Source: Candidatus Tethybacter castellensis
Lineage (GTDB): Bacteria > Pseudomonadota > Gammaproteobacteria > Tethybacterales > Tethybacteraceae
Direction of reading: 5' to 3'
Assembly (NCBI GenBank): GCA_036679665.1
Contig: JAZHEJ010000058.1
Location: 12,976-49,641 of the forward strand
Length of the DNA: 36,666 bases
Below the pieces are notes generated by a model. That model was given only the letters and a program-made list of their open reading frames with translations. It made no database searches and had not been told where the DNA came from. The position numbers and the translations under genes were made by a program. Positions 27,620-36,666 of this stretch are shown here, piece after piece. Every line of letters begins with the position of its first letter. Within the stretch, counting starts at the first letter, position 1.

Positions 27620-28240
27620 GCCTGTGACACTTATGGCAAATCACCAGCTAATCACGCTTTGCGAATAAACGAGCAAATCGACGCCAAAGTCGTACGTCTG
27701 ATTGATGAAAACGGCGGTCAGCTAGGCATAATCAATATCAGTGAAGCGTTGGCCGTAGCCAATGATAAGAAACTTGATCTTGTCGAAATCGCACCCAACG
27801 ATAAACCGATCGTGTGCAAGTTGCTCGACTACGGACGCTTCGCATACCAAAAAAAGAAAAAACGCAGCGAAAACAAATCGCGGCAACGCGGCACCTCCAC
27901 CAAAATGGTCAAGTTCCGGCCCAACACCTTCCGCGGCGACTTGCAAGTCAAGTTGCAAAAGATACGTCGTTTTTTAAACGACGGCGACAAGGTCAAAGTG
28001 GTGATGCAGTTTCGCGGGCGCGAAATTATTCATACCCAACAAGGCTTTGAGGTGTTCAAGCATCTAGCCGAAGAGCTTAGCGACTGTGGCAGCATCGACA
28101 TGGCTCCGGTCGCTGAAGGTAAATTTATCAACATGATGTTTGCGCCGCTGCCTAGCCGGCAACGCGAGCAAAAAAAATCCCCTGACAACGGCAAACCCAA
28201 CAACAAGCTAAACGGCAACGGCAATCAACCCGCCGCTTAG
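27593..28240 (+). CDS. infC: Translation initiation factor IF-3 (true start uncertain, probably downstream of 27593)
   Basis: RINEQI, VRLID, LDLVEIAP, CKLLDYG, KFRP, GDKVKV, FRGRE. It precedes rpmI-rplT. Confidence 0.95.
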   Translation: MHAIFGAYNACDTYGKSPANHALRINEQIDAKVVRLIDENGGQLGIINISEALAVANDKKLDLVEIAPNDKPIVCKLLDYGRFAYQKKKKRSENKSRQRGTSTKMVKFRPNTFRGDLQVKLQKIRRFLNDGDKVKVVMQFRGREIIHTQQGFEVFKHLAEELSDCGSIDMAPVAEGKFINMMFAPLPSRQREQKKSPDNGKPNNKLNGNGNQPAA

Positions 28241-28311
28241 GCGCGGCCGCGTTTTTTTGCCTAGCGGTTACGCTACAATTTGCGTTTTAATATTTACTTA
28301 GCCGTCGCACC

Positions 28312-28509
28312 ATGCCCAAAATGAAAACCAACCGCGCCGCCGCGAAACGCTTTCGCAGCAACGGCGGTGGCAGCTTGCGCCATGGACGAACCAACAAACG
28401 TCATTTGCTGACCCACAAGTCGGCGCGACGCCGACGCCAGTTGCGCGGTTGCGCCGCGGTCGGCAAATCTAATTTGGCTTCGCTCAAAGCGATGTTGCCT
28501 TACTCCTAA
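28312..28509 (+). CDS. rpmI: 50S ribosomal protein L35
   Basis: [14 protein letters not shown]...RHLLTHK...MLPY, plus synteny. Confidence 0.97.
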   Translation: MPKMKTNRAAAKRFRSNGGGSLRHGRTNKRHLLTHKSARRRRQLRGCAAVGKSNLASLKAMLPYS

Positions 28510-28520
28510 AGAGCCGCACC

Positions 28521-28880
28521 ATGCCTCGTTCAACCAACGGACAATCTTCGCATCGGCGCCACCGTAAAGTAGTCGCTCGCGCCAAAGGTTATCGCGGCCG
28601 GCGTAAAAATGTGTTTCGCGTCGCCAACCAGGCGGTGCTTAAAGCCGGCCAATACGCCTATCGCGACCGTCGTACCCGCAAGCGCCAGATGCGCGCTTTG
28701 TGGATCACTCGCGTTAACGCCGCCGCCCGGCAATCAGGTATGACCTATCGCTCTTTCATCCACGGATTAGACAAAGCTTCCATTAAGCTTGATCGGCGGG
28801 TGCTTGCGGATTTAGCGGTGCACAATCCCGCGGGCTTTGCCAAGCTGGTCAATAGCGCAAAAGAAACCCTGGCTAAATAA
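28521..28880 (+). CDS. rplT: 50S ribosomal protein L20
   Basis: [42 protein letters not shown]. Confidence 0.98.
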   Translation: MPRSTNGQSSHRRHRKVVARAKGYRGRRKNVFRVANQAVLKAGQYAYRDRRTRKRQMRALWITRVNAAARQSGMTYRSFIHGLDKASIKLDRRVLADLAVHNPAGFAKLVNSAKETLAK

Positions 28881-28887
28881 TTAGCCC

Positions 28888-29871
28888 ATGCTCGACGACG
28901 AGCAAGCGCTACTGGATGACGCGCGTACCGCGCTTGAACGCGCAGGTTTGGATGATCTTGATCAAGTCAAATCGGCTTATCTAGGCAAACAAGGACTTAT
29001 CAGCAAGCAATTGCGTTCGATCGGCGCGTTGCCTAGCGAACAGCGCGGACCGGCCGGCGCGCGGCTAAATTTGCTGCGTAAGCAATTTGAACAGCTGTTT
29101 GACGACCGGGTGCGCGTTTTGCGCGATCAGGCCGTGATGCAACGTCTGAACCGAACCGGAATCGACGTAACTTTGCCCGGCCGCGGCGATAACGGCGGCT
29201 CCAAACATCCGGTAACCCACGTTACCGAACGCGCGGTGGCAATTTTCGGTTCGCTGGGTTTTATCGTCGCCGACGGGCCTGAGATCGAAGACGACTTCCA
29301 TAATTTCGAAGCCTTGAACCATCCTCCGGATCATCCGGCGCGCTCGGCGCATGACACGTTTTATTTTGCCGATGGTCGCATGTTGCGCACTCACACCTCA
29401 CCGGTGCAAATTCGTCACATGCTCAAGCACCAACCGCCACTTAGGGTTATCGCGCCCGGCAAGGTCTACCGCAACGACAACGACGCCACTCATTCGCCGA
29501 TGTTCCATCAGGTCGAAGGACTGTGGGTGGATGACCAGGTGCGTTTTTCCGACCTGAAAGGAATCTTGCTTGCTTTTTTTCGGCAATTTTTTGAAGACGA
29601 AAGCATCGAAATCAGGTTTCGTCCTTCCTACTTCCCTTTTACCGAGCCTTCCGCTGAAGTTGACATCCGGCGGCGTGGCGACTGGTTGGAAATCACCGGT
29701 TGCGGCATGGTCCATCCCAACGTTCTTCACTCTTCAAACATAGATCCGCAACAGTATCAGGGGTTTGCGTTCGGGATTGGAATTGACCGTCTGGCCATGT
29801 TGCTGTACGGCATTTCAGACCTGCGGTTGCTGTTTGAAAACGATGTGCGTTTTTTGCGCCAGTTCAGATAA
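28888..29871 (+). CDS. pheS: Phenylalanyl-tRNA synthetase alpha subunit
   Basis: [52 protein letters not shown]. Confidence 0.98.
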   Translation: MLDDEQALLDDARTALERAGLDDLDQVKSAYLGKQGLISKQLRSIGALPSEQRGPAGARLNLLRKQFEQLFDDRVRVLRDQAVMQRLNRTGIDVTLPGRGDNGGSKHPVTHVTERAVAIFGSLGFIVADGPEIEDDFHNFEALNHPPDHPARSAHDTFYFADGRMLRTHTSPVQIRHMLKHQPPLRVIAPGKVYRNDNDATHSPMFHQVEGLWVDDQVRFSDLKGILLAFFRQFFEDESIEIRFRPSYFPFTEPSAEVDIRRRGDWLEITGCGMVHPNVLHSSNIDPQQYQGFAFGIGIDRLAMLLYGISDLRLLFENDVRFLRQFR

Positions 29872-32247
29872 ATGTTGGTAAGTTGCAACTGGTTGCGGGA
29901 GTTCGTACCGCAGTTGCCTGCGCCGGCAAAACTCGAACAAATTCTGACCGACATCGGCCTTGAGGTTGAAGCTAGTCATATCGCCGGCCCGGAACTGGAT
30001 AATGTGGTGGCCGGGATAATATTGGCGGACGGTAAACGAACATCCAATCAAGTTTGTAGCGTAGACATCGGCCGCGAGCGCCCGCTGCAGATTGTGTGCA
30101 CGGCGCCCAACGCCACGAAGAACAAACGCGTCGCGGTCGCGCTGGTCGGGGCGCAAATACTCGGACACACCATCGCTAGCCGCGAAATCAAAGGCGTTGT
30201 CTCCGAAGGCATGATGTGTTCCGCCGCTGAGCTTAGGCTAGGCGACGACCGCAAACTGATTATTGAACTAGAGCGTGACGTCCGGCCGGGTACGCCGCTT
30301 GGGACTTTGCTGGAAACCGACGATCATGTGTTCGATGTTGCTGTAACCCCTAACCGCGGCGACTGGCTTAGCATGTTGGGCATCGGTCGCGAGTTGGCCG
30401 CCAAATCCACGTTAAAGCTGCGTGGCGTTCATGCGGCAAGCCCGATCAAGCGCACTGATGCGACCGCAATCCATCAGGTGCGCATTGATGAATCCGCGGC
30501 CCGCGCTTGTCCTAAATTCGCCTGTTTGCCAATCAGCAACGTCAATGCCAACGCTCACACTCCGGCGTTGATTTGTCAGCGTCTGCTGCGCTGCGGCGTG
30601 CGCCCGGTTTCAATCATCGTTGATTTAACCAATTACGTGATGCTTGAACTAGGCCAGCCCCTCCATGCGTTTGATCGCAACCGGCTAAGCGGCGACCTGG
30701 CGGTGCGCATGGGCCGCGAAGGTGAAAAACTTGAACTGATCGACAAAACCATAGCCAAGCTGTCTGATCGTTATTTGGTGGTGGCTGATGACGCCCAAGC
30801 CCAAGCGATTGGCGGCGTGATGGGTGGTATGGCAAGTTCGATCACCGCCGCGACCACCGATATCTTGCTTGAAGCGGCCCATTTCACTCCCGCGACGATT
30901 CGCGGGCGCACGCGCGAACTGAACATCAGCTCAGAAGCGGCGTTTCGCTTTGAGCGCGGCGTAAACCCTAACCTGTGCGAAATTGCGTTGTGGCGCGCCG
31001 CCCGATTGATCAAGCGTTATTGCGGCGGCACCGTAGGTTCGCTAAATGTCGCCGGAGCAACACCGCAAGCGGCTGAAGCGGTAAAGCTGGAACATGGTCA
31101 AATCAAAAAATTGACCGGCATGGCCGTATCACTAAGCGAAGCTGCGCGACGCCTAAAAGCGCTGGGATTTAATATCTCCCGCCAACGCAAAACACTCACT
31201 ACGGTAAGTCCTCCATGGCGCTTCGACATCGAACGTAAAGAAGATCTGATCGAAGAAATCATTCGCTTTGGCGGCTACAGCTCGCTACCGACGACGATGC
31301 CGCAACTTACCGGTACGTTTGTGGCGGCGCCACAGCGTTTGATTGACGCGACTATGGCGCGCGACCGCCTCGCCCATGACGGCTATCAAGAAATCATTAC
31401 CTATGCGTTTGTACGTCCGCACTGGGAGCAAGATTTCTACGCCAATAATCAACCTTTTGTACTGACCAACCCGTTGTCCGAAGAACTGAGCGCGATGCGG
31501 TCGGGGTTGTTCGGCGGACTGATCGACCGCGCGATCTATAACCAGCGGCGACGCCAAGAAAGCCTGCGCTTGTTTGAAATCGGACGTTGCTTCAACGCGA
31601 AGGACGATACGCAGCCGCTTTTAATTGGTGGACTCGGCTGGGGCAAAGTCGGGAACGCGTTGTGGGACGACCAAAAACACAACTACGATTTTTTTGACGC
31701 GCGCGGCAGTCTTACCCGCCTGTTGCCGGGCGATGAACTTGAACTAGAAACCTTGCAAGATCATCCGGCGTTGCACCCGGGACGTGCCGCGACAATCTTG
31801 CGGTACGGCAAACAAATCGGCATCGTCGGCGAGTTGCATCCGGCCTTGCTGGATAAACATCGCTACCCGCTAGACCCCGCCCCGGTGGTGTTCGAACTGG
31901 ATCTGGATCTGCTTATTAACCAAGTGCGCAACTTCGCTTTTGAGCCTTTTGGCAAACTGCCGCTGGTGCGGCGCGATCTGGCGGTGATTGTCGACAATCA
32001 AACCACTGCCGCGCAATTGGTAAAATCAGTTGCGGGAGTAAAAGTAAAAGGATTTCCTGAGATTGCGGAAATTCAGGTTTTCGACAATTTCAGTGGCGGA
32101 AATATCATAAGTGGTAAACGTAGTATGGGAATCCGGATAACAATGCAAGGGAATGAAGAAAATATGGTTGAAGATCGGATTAATGAAATTATGCTGGCGA
32201 TTACCAACCAGTTGCAAAACGACTACCAAGCGGAGGTGCGCATTTAA
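29872..32247 (+). CDS. pheT: Phenylalanyl-tRNA synthetase beta subunit
   Basis: SEGMMCS, TPNRGD, GQPLHAFD, RFERG, WRFDI...DLIEE, LHPGR, RRDLA. Full length at 791 aa. Confidence 0.97.
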   Translation: MLVSCNWLREFVPQLPAPAKLEQILTDIGLEVEASHIAGPELDNVVAGIILADGKRTSNQVCSVDIGRERPLQIVCTAPNATKNKRVAVALVGAQILGHTIASREIKGVVSEGMMCSAAELRLGDDRKLIIELERDVRPGTPLGTLLETDDHVFDVAVTPNRGDWLSMLGIGRELAAKSTLKLRGVHAASPIKRTDATAIHQVRIDESAARACPKFACLPISNVNANAHTPALICQRLLRCGVRPVSIIVDLTNYVMLELGQPLHAFDRNRLSGDLAVRMGREGEKLELIDKTIAKLSDRYLVVADDAQAQAIGGVMGGMASSITAATTDILLEAAHFTPATIRGRTRELNISSEAAFRFERGVNPNLCEIALWRAARLIKRYCGGTVGSLNVAGATPQAAEAVKLEHGQIKKLTGMAVSLSEAARRLKALGFNISRQRKTLTTVSPPWRFDIERKEDLIEEIIRFGGYSSLPTTMPQLTGTFVAAPQRLIDATMARDRLAHDGYQEIITYAFVRPHWEQDFYANNQPFVLTNPLSEELSAMRSGLFGGLIDRAIYNQRRRQESLRLFEIGRCFNAKDDTQPLLIGGLGWGKVGNALWDDQKHNYDFFDARGSLTRLLPGDELELETLQDHPALHPGRAATILRYGKQIGIVGELHPALLDKHRYPLDPAPVVFELDLDLLINQVRNFAFEPFGKLPLVRRDLAVIVDNQTTAAQLVKSVAGVKVKGFPEIAEIQVFDNFSGGNIISGKRSMGIRITMQGNEENMVEDRINEIMLAITNQLQNDYQAEVRI

Positions 32248-32597
32248 TGAGCTCCGCTAAAGTTGCCCGCAAGAATAACGTCGACGAAGACACCCATACT
32301 CGAGTTGAAATAATCAAGGAAGTCCAACGCGAAATCGGCAGCTACACCTTAGCCAAAAAGATCGTCACCGACTATTTCATGCTGATTGAAAAAGGACTTA
32401 TCAAAGACGGCTTGGTCAAGATCCACAACTTCGGCCGCTTCATGACCATTAAAAAGCGCGAGCGCGTCGGACGCAACCCGCGCAGCGGCGAGACCAAACA
32501 AATCAGCGCCCGCACCGTCGTGTCGTTTCGCCCGAGCAATAAGCTTCGCAATGAAGTGCGTAGTTCCCATTCCGATTACATCGATGAGCAAGACTGA
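32247..32597 (+). CDS. ihfA: Integration host factor alpha subunit (HU/IHF family)
   Basis: VKIHNFGRF, RVGRNPRSGE, ISARTVVSFRPS. Canonical position after pheT. Confidence 0.9.
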   Translation: MSSAKVARKNNVDEDTHTRVEIIKEVQREIGSYTLAKKIVTDYFMLIEKGLIKDGLVKIHNFGRFMTIKKRERVGRNPRSGETKQISARTVVSFRPSNKLRNEVRSSHSDYIDEQD

Positions 32598-32925
32598 CAT
32601 CAGCTATCCGGACATTCCCGATCAACGTTTGTTCACAATCGGAGAAGCCTGCAAATTATGCTTGGTGCAACGCCACACTTTGCGGTACTGGGAAAAACTT
32701 TACACCCAGTTGGGCAAGATCAGCCGGCACAACAATCGGCGCTATTACACCACCAAAGATTTGTTTACCATCCGCAAGATCAGCAAACTAAAGCAAGAAG
32801 GACTAACTTCCAACGGTATCGCCAAGGCCTTGCGCGACGGCAACAAAGCAACGCCGCCCGCTTCGTCGCTTTCGCCTAATAAAATTCGCACCGAGATAAA
32901 TGCTATCGTAAAACTTTTGGAATGA
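32584..32925 (+). CDS. MerR-family HTH regulator
   Basis: FTIGEACKLC, HTLRYWE, RRYY. Conserved ihfA-merR-tRNA-Pro arrangement. The ATG at 32584 is preferred. Confidence 0.9.
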   Translation: MSKTDISYPDIPDQRLFTIGEACKLCLVQRHTLRYWEKLYTQLGKISRHNNRRYYTTKDLFTIRKISKLKQEGLTSNGIAKALRDGNKATPPASSLSPNKIRTEINAIVKLLE

Positions 32926-32945
32926 TATTGTTGGCAACCATACAT

Positions 32946-33022
32946 CGGGGCGTGGCGCAGCTTGGTAGCGCACCTGCATGGGGTGCAGGGGGTCGAAGGT
33001 TCAAATCCTTTCGCCCCGACCA
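32946..33022 (+). tRNA. tRNA-Pro (GGG)
   Basis: Acceptor stem CGGGGCG/CGCCCCG, D-arm GCGCAGCTTGGTAGCGC, anticodon stem CCTGC/GCAGG with loop ATGGGGT, T-loop GGTTCAAATCC, encoded CCA. Confidence 0.97.
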
Positions 33023-33040
33023 GCAACGGGAAATGTTGCG

Positions 33041-33820
33041 ATGACCAAGCGTCTGAAAATCCTTGTTACCAACGATGACGGCTACGATGCGACGGGAATA
33101 CGCGAGCTGATTTCCGCGCTAGCTGAAGTTGCCGACGTGTTTGCCTGCGCGCCGCTTATCAACCACAGCGGCGCAAGCTCGTCGCTAACTTTGCATTCGA
33201 CGTTGGCGGTTAGTGAATCGGAAAATTTGCACGTGGTGCACGGCACACCCACCGACTGCGTCCAAATTGCCCTGCACGGCAAAAATGTGATGCCGTGGAA
33301 GCCGGATCTCACCGTGTCGGGCATCAACGCCGGCGGTAATTTAGGCGATGACACCATTTATTCCGGCACGGTCGCCGCCGCCGCTGAAAGCGTGTCTCTC
33401 GGGGTGCCGGCAATCGCTTTTTCGCAACCGTGCATCCCGGAAGATAATTTTCCGCCCACCCATTTCGCGCACGGCGCGAGCATCGCCCGCGATATGGTGA
33501 TCAAGCTATACCCGCATATGCTAAATAACAAACACATAATGCTCAACATCAATATTCCCGACCTGCCGGCAAATCAGGTCAAAGAACCGCTTATCTGTCG
33601 GCTCGGCAAGCGCCATTCCGGGCGGCCGCTTACGGAAATTGACCAAAACCGCGTACCTAATCTGCGCCAGTTCCAGTTTGGAATAAACGTGGAAAATATC
33701 CGCAACGATCAAGAATCCGATTTTCACGCCATTGAAAATTCGCATATCTCGATCACACCATTGCAATTCGATCTGACAGATCAAAAAAACTTAAAGGAAG
33801 TAAGTTCATGGCTCGCGTAA
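33041..33820 (+). CDS. surE: 5'/3'-nucleotidase SurE
   Basis: ILVTNDDG, SGASSSLT, GTPTDCV, SGINAGGNLGDD, YSGTVAAA, ISITPL. The start is moved to ATG 33041 because the ORF-track start lies within the tRNA. Confidence 0.97.
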   Translation: MTKRLKILVTNDDGYDATGIRELISALAEVADVFACAPLINHSGASSSLTLHSTLAVSESENLHVVHGTPTDCVQIALHGKNVMPWKPDLTVSGINAGGNLGDDTIYSGTVAAAAESVSLGVPAIAFSQPCIPEDNFPPTHFAHGASIARDMVIKLYPHMLNNKHIMLNINIPDLPANQVKEPLICRLGKRHSGRPLTEIDQNRVPNLRQFQFGINVENIRNDQESDFHAIENSHISITPLQFDLTDQKNLKEVSSWLA

Positions 33821-34437
33821 ACGAATCCAATTCCAGTAAAGTTCTCGCTCACAGTCTTCGTGAGCTAGGCATCACCCGCCAAGATGTGCTCGACGCGTTC
33901 GCCAAGGTGCCGCGCAACAAGTTTCTGCCGGCAAGTTTTTGCAGCCGCGCGCGCGATAACGACGCGCTGCCCATCGGCTACGGCCAGACCACTTCGCAGC
34001 CGTGGGTAATCGCGCGGATGCTCGAGCTGGTTTTGCCAACCACCGCGGCCCGCAAGGTGCTCGAAGTCGGAACCGGTTGCGGTTACCAAACCGCGCTTCT
34101 CACTCACCTTGCCGACGAAGTTTATTCGTTGGAACGCATCGAAGTGCTGCTTACCCAAGCACGGCGCCAGTTGCGCGAGCTGGAATATTTCACGCCGCGC
34201 TTGGCACACCGCAACGGTATGCAAGGCCTGCCTGAAGCGGCGCCGTTTGACGCGATCATCGTCTGCGCCGCGACCTGCAAGGTTCCCACCGCGTTGCTTG
34301 AGCAGCTCGCTCCGGGCGGCAAGCTGGTGATCCCGGAAAACCGCGGCGACCATGAAGTGCTTACCGTCTACTGCAACGATAAATGCACTAATCATGACGA
34401 AGTCATGTTCGTACCGCTGCTTGAGGGCGTGGCTTGA
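33808..34437 (+). CDS. pcm: Protein-L-isoaspartate O-methyltransferase
   Basis: LPIGYGQTTSQP, VLEVGTGCGYQ, APFDAIIV, FVPL. surE-pcm-nlpD synteny. Confidence 0.96.
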   Translation: MARVNESNSSKVLAHSLRELGITRQDVLDAFAKVPRNKFLPASFCSRARDNDALPIGYGQTTSQPWVIARMLELVLPTTAARKVLEVGTGCGYQTALLTHLADEVYSLERIEVLLTQARRQLRELEYFTPRLAHRNGMQGLPEAAPFDAIIVCAATCKVPTALLEQLAPGGKLVIPENRGDHEVLTVYCNDKCTNHDEVMFVPLLEGVA

Positions 34438-35396
34438 TGCTCGGTTGGCAACGCGTTGCCATCTTGGCGTTCGCGGCTTGGATGCTGGCGAGTTGCACGT
34501 CAACTCCGGCTCCCGCGCCGTTGCAGGTTATCGACATTGAAGAAGTTCCCGATGTCCTGATTGATCCGAACGCTCCGATCCAGCGTTCGCAGGTACATGT
34601 TGTGGCGCGAGGTGAAACCTTGGGCGAAATCGCATTGGCCTACGGCTTAAGTTATCGCGACATCGCCCTGTGGAATAACCTTGCCAATCCCGACCTCATC
34701 GAAGTGGGTCAACAATTGACGCTGGTCGCCCCCAAAGGGCAAGCCAAAGTAATTCCGCTCCAAACGGCTATCACGCAAAAGCCTAGCGTGACGAACAACG
34801 GGCAACAACCCCAACCAACCTCGCGCGGCGTAACCCGTACCAAAGTCGGAATCGGCAGTAACAAATCTGCCGACGGCCGCCGAATCAGTGCTCCGGCCGC
34901 ACTCAAACTTCCCTACTCGCCCGCCGCTTTCGAGCGCCTGCAAAACCAAAGCCAAGGTGGAGCGGAGCAGGCGTCGCTGACGGTGCCGGCTCGTTCAGCT
35001 TCGGTGCCGGGGAATATCCGCGACCGTCAAGGTATCACCTGGAGTTGGCCGGTAACAGGACGTTTAGCCAGCAAATTTAGCGACTCCAATCGCGGCATCG
35101 ACATTGCCGGGCCGCGCGGACAGCCGGTATTTGCCAGTGCCGACGGCAAGGTGATCTACGCCGGAACCGGCCTCAAAGGATACGGACAACTGGTGATCAT
35201 CAAACACGCGAACGAATATCTGTCAACCTATGCGCACAACGACAAAATTTTGATTGCCGAAGGCGCCGAAGTACAACGCGGCGACCAGATCGCGGAGATG
35301 GGCGACACCGGCACGGACCGAGTTCGCTTGCACTTTGAAATCAGGCGTGGCGAACAGACCTTTGATCCGCAACAGTTTTTACCTCCCAACCCGTAA
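34437..35396 (+). CDS. nlpD: LysM/M23 lipoprotein NlpD
   Basis: Lipobox LASC, LysM (HVVARGETL..IA...NNL), M23 motifs NRGIDI, YAHN, LHFEIR. It has a TGATG overlap with pcm. Confidence 0.92.
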   Translation: MLGWQRVAILAFAAWMLASCTSTPAPAPLQVIDIEEVPDVLIDPNAPIQRSQVHVVARGETLGEIALAYGLSYRDIALWNNLANPDLIEVGQQLTLVAPKGQAKVIPLQTAITQKPSVTNNGQQPQPTSRGVTRTKVGIGSNKSADGRRISAPAALKLPYSPAAFERLQNQSQGGAEQASLTVPARSASVPGNIRDRQGITWSWPVTGRLASKFSDSNRGIDIAGPRGQPVFASADGKVIYAGTGLKGYGQLVIIKHANEYLSTYAHNDKILIAEGAEVQRGDQIAEMGDTGTDRVRLHFEIRRGEQTFDPQQFLPPNP

Positions 35397-35401
35397 CCTG
35401 A

Positions 35402-35433
35402 AAGTTGCGCGATTGACGGTTTCGCGCTAACTT
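35402..35433. terminator. Stem-loop between convergent nlpD and ssb
   Basis: AAGTTGCGCGA-N9-TCGCGCTAACTT with one bulge. No strong U-tract. Confidence 0.3.
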
Positions 35434-35440
35434 GGATCCG

Positions 35441-35905
35441 CTACCAAGGAATGTCCTCGTCCATTTCATTAAACGCGTCGGGGTCGCCTTGGCCGCCACG
35501 CTTTTCCTTTGCCGGCGCGGCTTTGGGAGATTCCGCAGGTTTGGCATCGGGGTAAGGCGCCGGGCTTTCACCGTCGCGACGCGAGCTTAACATCTCAAAG
35601 TTAAGCACTCGCACCTCGGTGGTCTGACGCTCGTTGCCCTTGGCATCCTCCCAGGTGCGCGTCCGCAATTGTCCTTCAACGAAAACCTTTGATCCTTTGT
35701 GCATGTACTCGGAAGCGATTTCCGCTTGACGGCCGAAAAAATTCAATCGGTGCCACTCGGTGTGTTTATGACGATTGCCGTCTTGGTCGCGCCATGTTTC
35801 CGTGGTGGCCACGTTGACGTTGGCGACCGGCCTACCGTCGGGCAAATGTCTGACGTTGACGTCGGAACCTAGATTGCCTAGCAAAATTACTTTATTTATA
35901 CCCAT
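35441..35905 (-). CDS. ssb: Single-stranded DNA-binding protein
   Basis: INKVILLGNLG, TEWHR, KGSKVFVEGQLRTRTW, acidic tail MDEDIPW. Confidence 0.97.
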   Translation of the reverse strand: MGINKVILLGNLGSDVNVRHLPDGRPVANVNVATTETWRDQDGNRHKHTEWHRLNFFGRQAEIASEYMHKGSKVFVEGQLRTRTWEDAKGNERQTTEVRVLNFEMLSSRRDGESPAPYPDAKPAESPKAAPAKEKRGGQGDPDAFNEMDEDIPW

Positions 35906-35908
35906 GTG

Positions 35909-36666
35909 TTATGCCTTGTTGGTGTTGAAGTAAAAATAAGCTCCTGACCAAATAATAGTCCCAACTGCCGCGATGATCAAACTAAGCTGATTATATTCTT
36001 GTCTTAGTTCTCCTGCTAGAAAGCTACCTGCGAACACTCCTAGCGCCTGAGAAATGGCGTATACCCCCATCGTGGCGCCGCGCGAACCGGGCAATGCCAA
36101 CAACGACGCGCGAACCGGCAACACCGCCTCCAGATAGCTATATCCGGCAAAAAACATAACTAGCGCCGCGGTAATCGCAATCGCTCCCAAATACCCGAAC
36201 ATAACAATACCCAACAACGATATGCCTACCGCGACAGCAGTCCCGATGACAACTTCTTTGGCCTGACTATAACGAATGATCAACGGTACCGCCACCGCAG
36301 CGCCTAGCACAAAAGATGTCAGATAGACTTGCCACAGTCGATCGGTGTCAATCAGCTGCGCAAGCGACAACGGCACATGCACAAAAACCGCCGCCATGGC
36401 CAGATGGATCACGAACACCCCTAAGCACAAAGGCAGCAACCTCACATCGACAATGCCGCCGGACATCTTTGCTTTGTGCTTGGGCAGCGGCGTAATCACC
36501 ACCACCGCCAACGCGATCAGTCCGAGCCAAGCGGTCGCGCGCAATATCCCCGCCACGCCCAGCCAAGCCGCCAACGGACCGGCCAACACCACCGGTTTGC
36601 GGCCAATCCGATCTGAAACCCAGCCTAGCGGAGCGAGCATCGCCGCCTGGGTGAGACCGTAAATTC
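35909..36666 (-). CDS. YajR-like MFS transporter, 5'-partial, with apparent internal in-frame deletion
   Basis: The frame is open to the window edge (IYGLTQA). MFS motif A GWVSDRIGRKP, LEAVLP and RGATMGVY..SQALG are present, and it sits upstream of ssb. The segment expected between RKPVVLAG and GP (about three TM helices) is missing. Confidence 0.8.
   Translation of the reverse strand, partial: IYGLTQAAMLAPLGWVSDRIGRKPVVLAGPLAAWLGVAGILRATAWLGLIALAVVVITPLPKHKAKMSGGIVDVRLLPLCLGVFVIHLAMAAVFVHVPLSLAQLIDTDRLWQVYLTSFVLGAAVAVPLIIRYSQAKEVVIGTAVAVGISLLGIVMFGYLGAIAITAALVMFFAGYSYLEAVLPVRASLLALPGSRGATMGVYAISQALGVFAGSFLAGELRQEYNQLSLIIAAVGTIIWSGAYFYFNTNKA

Noticed and set aside
32978-33040. N-terminal extension of SurE in the ORF track
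   Set aside because: It overlaps tRNA-Pro. Homology starts at ATG 33041.
1-36666. CRISPR array, rRNA, intact transposase or integrase, reverse transcriptase
   Set aside because: No regularly spaced repeats or matching motifs were seen on reading. Short diverged arrays or structured ncRNAs could be missed without computation.

Overview
The window has two parts. (1) Positions ~1-20.7 kb are a mosaic anti-phage/defence island at the 3' end of guaA. It holds a 5'-truncated Ski2-like (HamB-like) helicase coupled to a dead hsdR, a leftward operon of an RloC-like ABC/SMC ATPase-HEPN protein plus sbcD and sbcC, a 250-bp diverged internal copy of guaA fused to an IS21 istB remnant, and a rightward six-gene operon (single-TRD HsdS-like, hsdM, hsdS, hsdR, M48/YgjP-like peptidase, ABC-ATPase-TOPRIM fusion). 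No integrase is visible. (2) Positions 20.7-36.7 kb are proteobacterial core genome: guaA, guaB, phaCAB, infC-rpmI-rplT-pheS-pheT-ihfA-merR-tRNA-Pro, surE-pcm-nlpD, ssb and a YajR-like MFS gene. Three core genes (guaB, phaA, the MFS gene) carry clean internal deletions that are either real erosion or assembly artefacts. The best candidates for undescribed biology are the RloC-like+SbcCD operon, the type I RM operon extended by a peptidase and an ATPase-TOPRIM nuclease, and evidence that a defence module entered by replacing the guaA allele. All family calls come from motifs read by eye; no database search was run.
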